Below, piece by piece: positions 35,285 to 42,853 of a DNA stretch of 42,853 bases. Position 1 is the stretch's first letter. Each line of letters starts with the position of its first letter. The stretch lies in contig JAVBUR010000040.1 of assembly GCA_031555145.1 (NCBI GenBank), positions 1 to 42,853 of the forward strand. The letters are read 5' to 3'. Both the position numbers and the translations under genes were made by a program. This stretch comes from Tannerellaceae bacterium. Lineage in GTDB: Bacteria > Bacteroidota > Bacteroidia > Bacteroidales > Tannerellaceae. The notes under the pieces were generated by a model that was given only the letters and a program-made list of their open reading frames with translations, ran no database searches and was not told where the DNA came from.

Positions 35285-38200
35285 ATGAAAAGACATGGTA
35301 AAAAACGTCTTGTCGGACTAATAGATGTTAATAGAATCCGACGACCTTTAGGAATTTTATTTCTCTTTGCACTCTTGGGTGTAAATACATTATGGGCCGC
35401 AAAAGCTTATGCACAAACGGTTCACTTCAATCTTCAGATGAAAAATGCTACGTTGGAACAGGTATTCGATGCCATACGTCAGCAAAGTGAATTTGAGTTT
35501 TTTTATAACAACGATCAGGTAAACACCAGCAAGAAAGTCACTGTTAATGTCAAAGATGCAACCATTGAGGAAGTGTTGGGCGATGTATTGGGCAACCAAT
35601 ACAACTACAAAGTGGAAGATCGTTATATCCTCCTAAGCAAAAATGAAAAGGCTGAGGCTCCGGCCGTTTCTGCTGTTAAACAACAGACAAATACCATTTC
35701 AGGTGTGGTAAAAGATCAGACCGGTGAAACGCTGATCGGTGTAAGTGTACTGGTAAAAGGCACGACGATTGGCACCGTAACCGACCTTGACGGACAATAT
35801 ACACTGCAGGCCAACGTAGGGCAGACGCTCGTTTACTCGTATATCGGATATAAAACGATCGAGAAGATAGTAGGCAGTGCCTCCGTTATCGATGTTTTGT
35901 TAGTGGAAGACACACAGGCGCTCGACGAAGTAGTCGTGGTAGGTTTCGGTAGCTTGAAAAAAGCCAACCTGACCGGATCGGTTTCTTCCGTGAAGATGGA
36001 TGATGTATTAGGCAGCCGCCCCGTATCATCTGCCGCACAGGCACTGAGTGGCGCCATTGCCGGGGTACGGGTAACAACCGGATCAGGCCAACCCGGCTCG
36101 GAAACCAAACTGAATATCCGTGGCGTCGGACGTATCCAATATAACACGACGGATGGTGTATGGCAGGCTCAAAATCCGAATCCGTTGATCCTCGTAGATA
36201 ACGTTCCCATTGAAGATATCTCCATGATCAACCCCAACGATATCGAAACAGTGACCGCCTTGAAGGATGCTGCCGCGTCAGCTATCCACGGTGCACGCGC
36301 TGCATTCGGGGTCATCCTCATCACCACTAAAAAAGGCGGTAAGGAACAAAAAGCACAGGTAAACTATTCAAATAACTTCACCTTCAGCTCACCGCTCGAA
36401 CTGGCCGATAAAGCAAGCACACTGCAAAACGTACAGGGATGGTTGGATGCCGGTAAAGTATCCAGTCCGTTCGGTGGCGGCCAGGATCTTGAAACATGGA
36501 AATCACTGCTACAGGGCTACAGCACCAACCCTTCCCAGTATCCTTTAGGTTATACGGAAGTAAACGGTGTACGCTATGACCTGAAAGATTATGATATCTA
36601 CGAAAACTTCCTGAACAACTCAGGGTTCCAGCAGTCGCACAACGTATCTATGGCTGGGGGCTCGGCTAAATCTACCTATCGTATTTCATTCGGTTATACG
36701 GACGAAGATGGTATCATGGTAACTGATAAAGACAGCTATACCCGCTATAATGCAAATATCTCCGCCAGTTCAGATATCACCAACTGGTTGAATATCCAGG
36801 GAGAAGCCATGTACAGCCAGTCTCGCAGGAGTACGCCGAACGGTAACTCCAACGGAAGCTACTGGGGCAAAGCCAATGGTGCGATCCCATCTGTACCGGA
36901 CGGTTTGACCGACTATGTGACTCCCGGCGAAATGCTGCCGATCGTCACACCGGCCAATCTGGTAAAATATGGCGACGTAAGTCAGACCCGTTATGACGAC
37001 CTCCGCCTGGTTGGACGCGCCGTAGTGACTCCTTTCGCCGGCCTCAAGGCTACAGGTGAAATCACCTACTACAACAACCGCTACAACTATACGAACTACG
37101 ACAAGGTAGTCAAGATGGTAGACCCGGACAAGTGGGGTATTGCTTATACCTCCAACAACATCTCGAAGTTCACCAAAAAGAACTATTTCAAAGACCACTT
37201 GGCTATGAACTTCTATGCCACCTACGAGAAGTCGTTCAATAGCGCTCACAACCTCTCGGTAACCGGTGGTTACAACCAGGAGTACCAGTATTACGAAATG
37301 CTTACAGCCAACAATACCGACATGATCAATGCCGACCTGCCTTCACTCCACCAGAGTACAGGAACAAAGGATGCAGACGATGATTATACGCAATACGGTA
37401 TCCGTGGTTTGTACTATCGTGTCAACTACGACTATCAGGGTAAATATCTGCTCGAAGCCAACGGACGTTACGATGGCTCCTCCAAGTTCCCGAAAGACGA
37501 CCGTTTCGGTTTCTTCCCCTCTTTCTCCGCCGGATGGCGTGTAACGGAAGAAGCGTTTATGGAACCGGTAAAACCCATCATGAATAACCTGAAAGTACGT
37601 GGTTCATGGGGTAATATCGGTAACCAGAATATCGACCTCTACCAGTATTACGAAACCATGGGATCGGGTAATGCACGCTGGGCTACGGCTGAAGGTATCC
37701 GTTACCGTTCACTGGGCGCACCGCTCAAAGTGAGCAATAGCTTCACCTGGGAAAAGGTACAGACGCTCGACTTCGGGTTCGACGCCGGTTTCCTGAATAA
37801 CCGCCTGAATGCCGTATTCGACTGGTACGAAAGCCAAACGTTGGGTATGCTTGCTCCGGGTATGGACCTCCCTGCCGTATTTGGTGCTTCTTCACCGAAT
37901 GAAAACACAGCCGACATGAAGACGACCGGTTGGGAACTGGAATTGACATGGAGAGATAAGATCGGTAAGGTTAGTTACCACATCGGCTTCAATCTCTATG
38001 ACGCACAGACCACCATTACACGTTTCGACGACAACGAAACAAAACTATTGAACAAGAATAACCTGTATCAAGGTAAAAAAGTAGGAGAAATCTGGGGGCT
38101 TACCGTGGATCGCTACTATACTGAAAATGACTTCGAAGACTATGCTACAGGTAAATTAAAAGAAGGCATCACTTCCCTGAAAGGACAATCCAGACATTAT

Positions 38201-38815
38201 GCCGGTGACGTCCTGTTCAAAGACCTGGATGGCGACGGCGTGGTAACCAAAGGTTTGGGCAATGGACAAACGGCCGACGAATCAGGCGACTACCGCGTGA
38301 TCGGTAACAGCACCGCTCGTTACAACTACGGTATCAACGGGGGCTTATCCTGGAATAACTTCGACTTCAGCTTCTTCCTGCAAGGTGTTGGCAAACGCGA
38401 CATCTGGTACGGACAAAACGAACGGACTGCCCCGTATGGTGTGTATGAATTCTCCGGTCTGTATGCCAACCTGCTCGACTACTGGACGCCCGAGAACCCG
38501 AATGCCAAGTATCCGCGTTTCTACAACAACAGCGGCAGCTACACATCCTACAACTACGACGAAGCCAAGACGGGTTACCTCTATAGCGGCGCTTTCCTAC
38601 GTATCAAGAACATCACGCTGGGCTACTCCGTACCGAAACAAGTGATTGCAAAGGCTGGTATCCAGAACCTTCGCCTATTCACCAGCATCGAAAACCTGCA
38701 TACCTTCAAGAGCACACCTGACGGGATGGAACCCGACCTGGATAAACAGGCCAACACCATCATGCAGTACCCCTTCATGCAAATGTTCTCATTTGGATTA
38801 AATGTTTCTTTCTAA
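35285..38815 (+). CDS. SusC/RagA-family TonB-dependent receptor with N-terminal STN signalling domain
   Basis: Signal peptide (ILFLFALLGVNTLWAAKAYAQ). STN-like domain (NATLEQVFDAIRQQSEFEFFYNND). Carboxypeptidase-regulatory-like domain, plug, and a long barrel ending with C-terminal F. The ORF-track start 35186 is a GTG inside the hairpin, so ATG 35285 is preferred. Confidence 0.9.
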   Translation: MKRHGKKRLVGLIDVNRIRRPLGILFLFALLGVNTLWAAKAYAQTVHFNLQMKNATLEQVFDAIRQQSEFEFFYNNDQVNTSKKVTVNVKDATIEEVLGDVLGNQYNYKVEDRYILLSKNEKAEAPAVSAVKQQTNTISGVVKDQTGETLIGVSVLVKGTTIGTVTDLDGQYTLQANVGQTLVYSYIGYKTIEKIVGSASVIDVLLVEDTQALDEVVVVGFGSLKKANLTGSVSSVKMDDVLGSRPVSSAAQALSGAIAGVRVTTGSGQPGSETKLNIRGVGRIQYNTTDGVWQAQNPNPLILVDNVPIEDISMINPNDIETVTALKDAAASAIHGARAAFGVILITTKKGGKEQKAQVNYSNNFTFSSPLELADKASTLQNVQGWLDAGKVSSPFGGGQDLETWKSLLQGYSTNPSQYPLGYTEVNGVRYDLKDYDIYENFLNNSGFQQSHNVSMAGGSAKSTYRISFGYTDEDGIMVTDKDSYTRYNANISASSDITNWLNIQGEAMYSQSRRSTPNGNSNGSYWGKANGAIPSVPDGLTDYVTPGEMLPIVTPANLVKYGDVSQTRYDDLRLVGRAVVTPFAGLKATGEITYYNNRYNYTNYDKVVKMVDPDKWGIAYTSNNISKFTKKNYFKDHLAMNFYATYEKSFNSAHNLSVTGGYNQEYQYYEMLTANNTDMINADLPSLHQSTGTKDADDDYTQYGIRGLYYRVNYDYQGKYLLEANGRYDGSSKFPKDDRFGFFPSFSAGWRVTEEAFMEPVKPIMNNLKVRGSWGNIGNQNIDLYQYYETMGSGNARWATAEGIRYRSLGAPLKVSNSFTWEKVQTLDFGFDAGFLNNRLNAVFDWYESQTLGMLAPGMDLPAVFGASSPNENTADMKTTGWELELTWRDKIGKVSYHIGFNLYDAQTTITRFDDNETKLLNKNNLYQGKKVGEIWGLTVDRYYTENDFEDYATGKLKEGITSLKGQSRHYAGDVLFKDLDGDGVVTKGLGNGQTADESGDYRVIGNSTARYNYGINGGLSWNNFDFSFFLQGVGKRDIWYGQNERTAPYGVYEFSGLYANLLDYWTPENPNAKYPRFYNNSGSYTSYNYDEAKTGYLYSGAFLRIKNITLGYSVPKQVIAKAGIQNLRLFTSIENLHTFKSTPDGMEPDLDKQANTIMQYPFMQMFSFGLNVSF

Positions 38816-38839
38816 ACTGTTAAATAAAGAAGTATAGAT

Positions 38840-40882
38840 ATGAAAAAATATATTCTTTGCTCGCTGATAGCAGCTGCAACCCTTTCGGTTACCTCATGTA
38901 ACGACGACTTCCTGGAATACGACCCGTTAGTGTCCCAGGTACCCACTACAGCCTTTACTACGTATGACAATTTCAAGACATACGCCTGGGGGCTTTATTC
39001 TACCTGTTTTGTAGGAGCGGCTTATGACGCCAGTTTAGGGAACACTCCCTATTCATATGCAGGCCCGTACGACCGTGGTACGGACGAAGTTCTGTTCGAG
39101 TCAGGTGCCCGTTCACCCTGGGGATGGCAAACGGCTACCAAGACAACTGCACCAAGCGATTTGAACGGTAACTGGAGTTTCAGCTTTATCCGTCAGGTGA
39201 ACGTAATGCTCGATAACATCGAGGGTTCAGCTATGAACCAGACCGATAAAGACCATTGGACAGCCGTAGGTTACTTCTTCAGAGCCTATAAGTACAGCCA
39301 GTTGGTTGCTAACTTCGGCGATGTGCCCTGGTTGGAACATGAAGTAAAAACAACAGACACCGACATTATTTATGGCCCGAGAACACCGCGTGACGAAGTG
39401 ACGAACAATATCCTCAGCAATTTGCAATGGGCTGAACAGCACATCAAGACAGAAGGTGAAGGAAAAGGGACCAACTCAATCACCGTACATGCCGTACGTG
39501 CGCTTATCTCCCGTTTCGGTCTGGTAGAAGGTACCTGGCGTAAATACCACCAGTTGGGCGATGTTGAAAAGTATTTGAATGCCAGTGCTGATGCTTCCAA
39601 GAAGGTAATCGACGCTTTCCCCACAGTACATGGCCAATATGACGCGTTGTATAACAGCGAAAGCCTGAGCGGCGTAGCAGGTATCATCCTGTTTAACGCT
39701 TTCTCTAAAGGACAGATGTACCACAACCTCTCGCGTTACGAACGTACCAGTGCCGGTAATACGGAGATGAGTAAAGCCGGTGTAGCCACTTATTTGACAC
39801 TGAACGGGCTGCCTGTCGCCAATGCCAGCAACCAAGTGTCAGCCGGTGGCCAGTATTATGGCGACGGCGACATGTTCAACGAATTCCGCAACCGCGACCG
39901 TCGTCTGTTGTACACCGTCACTCCTCCTTACCGCGTAAGTGTTCGCAATGGTATGGTGGCCTGGTCGGTCGTGGTAGCTCCGCGCGTAGAACCGGGTGAA
40001 ACCTATGGTTCTTCGGCCAAAGTGGCAACCGAAGCTGACTCCAAGAAGTTCAGCGAATATATTGACCTGATGAACACCATCACCAGCACTGCCCGTACGA
40101 CTGGCTTCCAATATCCCGCCGGTATCACCTATACCAACCTGTTGCCGATCCGCAACTGGGAAGGGAATGGTGTAACAGCCGTTCCTCACTTGAACAGCTA
40201 CAACGAAGGCCGTGGATTCTGCGTAACCCGTGGCGGTTATTACGTCTACAAGTATTACAACACCTCCGTCGACCCGAGTGGACAGAGCAGCACGAACGAC
40301 CTTCCGATCTTCCGCGTGGGAGAAACGATGCTGAACTATGCTGAAGCCATGTACGAACTCGGTCGTTTCGACCAGGCTGTGGCTGATCTCACGATCAACG
40401 TACTGCGTCCGCGTGCCGGCGTAGCTCCGATGAACGTAGCTGCTATCAATGCCAGCTTCGACCCGGATCGTGACAAGGGTGGTTATAGTAACCCGAGCGA
40501 TCCCGTTCAGATCACCGACTACGAAGTTGCGCCGGTACTGTGGGAAATCCGCCGGGAACGCCATGTAGAGTTGATGGGTGACGGTTTCCGCTTTACCGAC
40601 CTGAAGAGATGGCGGAAAGGTCATTACATGAATACCATCCAACTCGGTGCTACTGTCGACAATACAGACTACAACAACTCGTTGGCAATCTGGCCGTTCG
40701 ACATCAACCAAGGAGCCAAGACTGCTGCCAGCAACGGCCAGAAAGGCCCGATCGCATTGGCCGGTGACCCTGTGAAAGAAGGCAAAGGATGGAAATGGTA
40801 TTATTACTTCTACCCCATCCCTCCGACGGAATTGGCGCTCAATCCCCAATTGACACAGAACCCGGGCTGGGATCAGGACTAA
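38840..40882 (+). CDS. SusD/RagB-family nutrient-binding outer-membrane lipoprotein
   Basis: Lipoprotein signal (LSVTSCNDDF). 680 aa. TPR-like helical SusD fold features. Immediately downstream of SusC. Confidence 0.9.
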   Translation: MKKYILCSLIAAATLSVTSCNDDFLEYDPLVSQVPTTAFTTYDNFKTYAWGLYSTCFVGAAYDASLGNTPYSYAGPYDRGTDEVLFESGARSPWGWQTATKTTAPSDLNGNWSFSFIRQVNVMLDNIEGSAMNQTDKDHWTAVGYFFRAYKYSQLVANFGDVPWLEHEVKTTDTDIIYGPRTPRDEVTNNILSNLQWAEQHIKTEGEGKGTNSITVHAVRALISRFGLVEGTWRKYHQLGDVEKYLNASADASKKVIDAFPTVHGQYDALYNSESLSGVAGIILFNAFSKGQMYHNLSRYERTSAGNTEMSKAGVATYLTLNGLPVANASNQVSAGGQYYGDGDMFNEFRNRDRRLLYTVTPPYRVSVRNGMVAWSVVVAPRVEPGETYGSSAKVATEADSKKFSEYIDLMNTITSTARTTGFQYPAGITYTNLLPIRNWEGNGVTAVPHLNSYNEGRGFCVTRGGYYVYKYYNTSVDPSGQSSTNDLPIFRVGETMLNYAEAMYELGRFDQAVADLTINVLRPRAGVAPMNVAAINASFDPDRDKGGYSNPSDPVQITDYEVAPVLWEIRRERHVELMGDGFRFTDLKRWRKGHYMNTIQLGATVDNTDYNNSLAIWPFDINQGAKTAASNGQKGPIALAGDPVKEGKGWKWYYYFYPIPPTELALNPQLTQNPGWDQD

Positions 40883-40902
40883 ATCTATTTATTATATCAG
40901 AG

Positions 40903-40932
40903 GCCGGCTGCGAAATAGCCGGTCTCTTTTCA
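40903..40932 (+). terminator. rho-independent terminator after susD
   Basis: GGCCGGCTgcgaaatAGCCGGtC followed by TCTTTTC. Confidence 0.5.
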
Positions 40933-40975
40933 TTAAATAAGTATATATTTGCATCTCAATACCTAAATAGCAAAC

Positions 40976-42415
40976 ATGAAAACTAAACAAGCGATCCCTT
41001 ACCTGTTGACAGGACTTCTATTGCCTGTTGGCCTGGTATCGTGCGACACAAACAAACCGGCGGCTTCTGCATCGAAGCCCAACATCATCTATATCCTAGC
41101 CGACGACCTGGGATATGGCGACCTGAGTTGTTACGGACAGCAACGGTTCAGTACCCCCAACCTGGATGCCATGGCGGCCGAAGGGTTGCGTTTCACCAGC
41201 CATTATGCAGGCTGCACCGTCAGTGCCCCGTCGCGTTGCTCACTCATGACCGGTCTGCATACCGGCCATACCCCGATCCGGGGAAATCAGGGCGAACGCA
41301 TCGACGGTCAAACTTACGACACTCCCCTGCCTGCCTCCTACAAGACAATTGCCGAGTGCCTGAAAGAACAGAATTATGTAACAGGCTGTGTAGGCAAATG
41401 GGGAATGGGTGGCCCGGAAACGGAAGGGCATCCCAACAACCAGGGCTTCGACTACTTCTACGGTCATCTCGGTCAGGGACATGCCCACTTCTACTATCCG
41501 AAGTTCATGTTCGAGAACGAACAGATGATCACGCTCAATGAGAATCCGGCCGAAAAGAAGAACTATTCGCAAGACCTGTTCATGGAAAAGGCGGAAAAGT
41601 TCATCACTGAAAACAAAGACAAGCCATTCTTCCTTTATTTCTCCGTCACGATCCCGCATGCCGAACTGATCGTGCCGGATAATGAACTCGAAGTATTCAA
41701 AGGCAAATACGATGAGCCGAAGCCGTGGCCGGCCGGACAGCATTATGCCAGTGAATTTGGCGGACAGCCTTACCCGCGTGCCGCATTCGCCACGATGGTT
41801 AGCCGCCTGGACGGTGACGTAGGCCGTATTCGTACTTTATTGAAAGAGTTAGGCATCGACCAGAATACCCTGATCATCTTTACATCCGATAATGGCCCGC
41901 ATCTCGAAGGGGGTGCCGATCCGAACTTCTTCAACAGTGGCGGAGGATACCGCGGATTCAAACGCGACTTGTATGAAGGCGGCGTCCGCGAACCGATGAT
42001 CGCCTGCTGGCCTTCCGTGATCAAAGCTGGACGAACCACTGATCATCCCTCTGCTTTCTGGGATGTACTGCCTACTTTCTGTGAGTTGACAGGCGCCGCC
42101 ATTCCCGAAGGATTGGATGGTATCTCTTTCCTCCCCGAATTGAAAGGAGAAAAACAGGAAAAAGTACATGACTACTTCTACTGGGAATTCCACGAAAGCC
42201 CCAGCCAGGCCGTCCGCAAAGGCAACTGGAAAGCCATCCGTAAGCATGTCAATTCCGACAATCCGACAGTCGAACTTTACGACCTCTCTACCGACAAAGG
42301 CGAAACCAACGACATCGCCGCCGCCCACCCCGAAGTGGTTGCCGAGCTGACCGCACTCATGAACAGTTCCCACACCAATGACACCCAGTGGAAATTCCCG
42401 GAAGTCATTAAGTAA
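40976..42415 (+). CDS. sulfatase (Ser-type formylglycine motif), exported
   Basis: Signal peptide or lipoprotein (LLPVGLVSC). PNIIYILADDLGYGD. Signature S-A-P-S-R-C-S-L-M-T-G. Confidence 0.9.
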   Translation: MKTKQAIPYLLTGLLLPVGLVSCDTNKPAASASKPNIIYILADDLGYGDLSCYGQQRFSTPNLDAMAAEGLRFTSHYAGCTVSAPSRCSLMTGLHTGHTPIRGNQGERIDGQTYDTPLPASYKTIAECLKEQNYVTGCVGKWGMGGPETEGHPNNQGFDYFYGHLGQGHAHFYYPKFMFENEQMITLNENPAEKKNYSQDLFMEKAEKFITENKDKPFFLYFSVTIPHAELIVPDNELEVFKGKYDEPKPWPAGQHYASEFGGQPYPRAAFATMVSRLDGDVGRIRTLLKELGIDQNTLIIFTSDNGPHLEGGADPNFFNSGGGYRGFKRDLYEGGVREPMIACWPSVIKAGRTTDHPSAFWDVLPTFCELTGAAIPEGLDGISFLPELKGEKQEKVHDYFYWEFHESPSQAVRKGNWKAIRKHVNSDNPTVELYDLSTDKGETNDIAAAHPEVVAELTALMNSSHTNDTQWKFPEVIK

Positions 42416-42460
42416 GCACGTCCGACTGCAAGCCTGGACAACATAGCAAACAGCATAGAC

Positions 42461-42505
42461 GGTGGTGCCAAGGCGTAAGCCTTTGACACCACTGTTCTTT
42501 TTCTC
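42461..42505 (+). terminator. imperfect hairpin plus T-tract terminator after sulfatase
   Basis: GGTGGTGccaaggcgtaagcctttgaCACCACt followed by gTTCTTTTTCTCC. Confidence 0.4.
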
Positions 42506-42853
42506 CAAATCAGATTCAGATTTGGCCGTATTTGAAAGTTTTTGCGAAGATGTCATTTTTGAACAAATCCCCTGTCCCATAGGCTCTTCAGTCCAAAATA
42601 TGAAAAAGCCTACACCGCTACACTAACGGGATAACCATACTGATGTTCAGTAAGATAGCGGATGTACCATTCTCGAAAATGCTACACCTTCGCTACACCC
42701 CTGGCAAATAGTCCCCCCCCTGTAGCAATTGTATCAAGATACACTATTGTCGACAGCCAAAGGCAGTATTGTTTCTTTCTGGAAGATGTATTCCCGGAGC
42801 TTGAATGGTCTCTTCTCTCCACAAATGTGAAGCATTCGTATCACGGACGTGAA

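Noticed and set aside
39839-40849. 336-aa minus-strand ORF inside susD
   Set aside because: It is antisense to a confidently identified SusD-family gene. Its translation is Val/Gly/Arg-rich shadow sequence.
1-42853. Searched for CRISPR arrays, tRNA/rRNA genes, IS elements and integrases
   Set aside because: No regularly spaced direct repeats were found, and no transposase or integrase-like ORFs. A hand search found no tRNA genes, but they cannot be ruled out without tRNAscan-SE or Infernal. The 2.5-kb direct repeat is a gene duplication, not a mobile element.

Overview
This 42.9-kb window looks like Bacteroidota (Bacteroidales-like) chromosome, and no mobile elements, CRISPR arrays, tRNA or rRNA genes are visible. 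The phylum call rests on a SusC/SusD pair, ECF sigma/FecR pairs, TAnnTTTG-type -7 boxes and no obvious Shine-Dalgarno sequences. Reading left to right:

1. 305-11420: a MacB/LolD-type ABC ATPase, then six FtsX-family permease genes arranged as three tandem A/B pairs, then a sigma54-dependent response regulator and a histidine kinase with almost no periplasmic loop. This looks like a Bce-like transporter-coupled sensing and detoxification module.
2. 11487-13773: a convergently transcribed small BIG2 lipoprotein, then an ECF sigma factor whose partner protein combines an inner-membrane anchor, a long Pro/Ser/Thr/Glu linker and a C-terminal OMP-like beta-barrel domain.
3. 13819-16932: an MFS transporter and an ABC-F (Uup-like) ATPase.
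4. 17107-20231: a MurNAc-scavenging-like operon (NhaD/ArsB-superfamily transporter, BadF-type kinase, MurQ etherase).
5. 20296-23699: an uncharacterised cluster. It holds a hypothetical protein, a YdjI-like SPFH/Band-7 protein fused to five tandem zinc ribbons, and two paralogous membrane proteins with C-terminal zinc ribbons. This is the best candidate for an undescribed, PspA-less envelope-stress or defence module.
6. 23847-27111: a TPR/PD40/OmpA lipoprotein and a PagL-like outer-membrane protein.
7. 27125-30001, minus strand: a sulfatase, LysE and CBM9-like operon.
8. 30116-33331: a lipoprotein, an OMP beta-barrel protein and a Tat-exported Gfo/Idh/MocA oxidoreductase.
9. 33359-42415: a polysaccharide utilisation locus (ECF sigma, FecR, STN-SusC, SusD, Ser-type sulfatase).

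Several hairpin terminators and candidate -7 promoter boxes were located by eye. All functional calls come from reading motifs in the ORF translations; no database search was possible.
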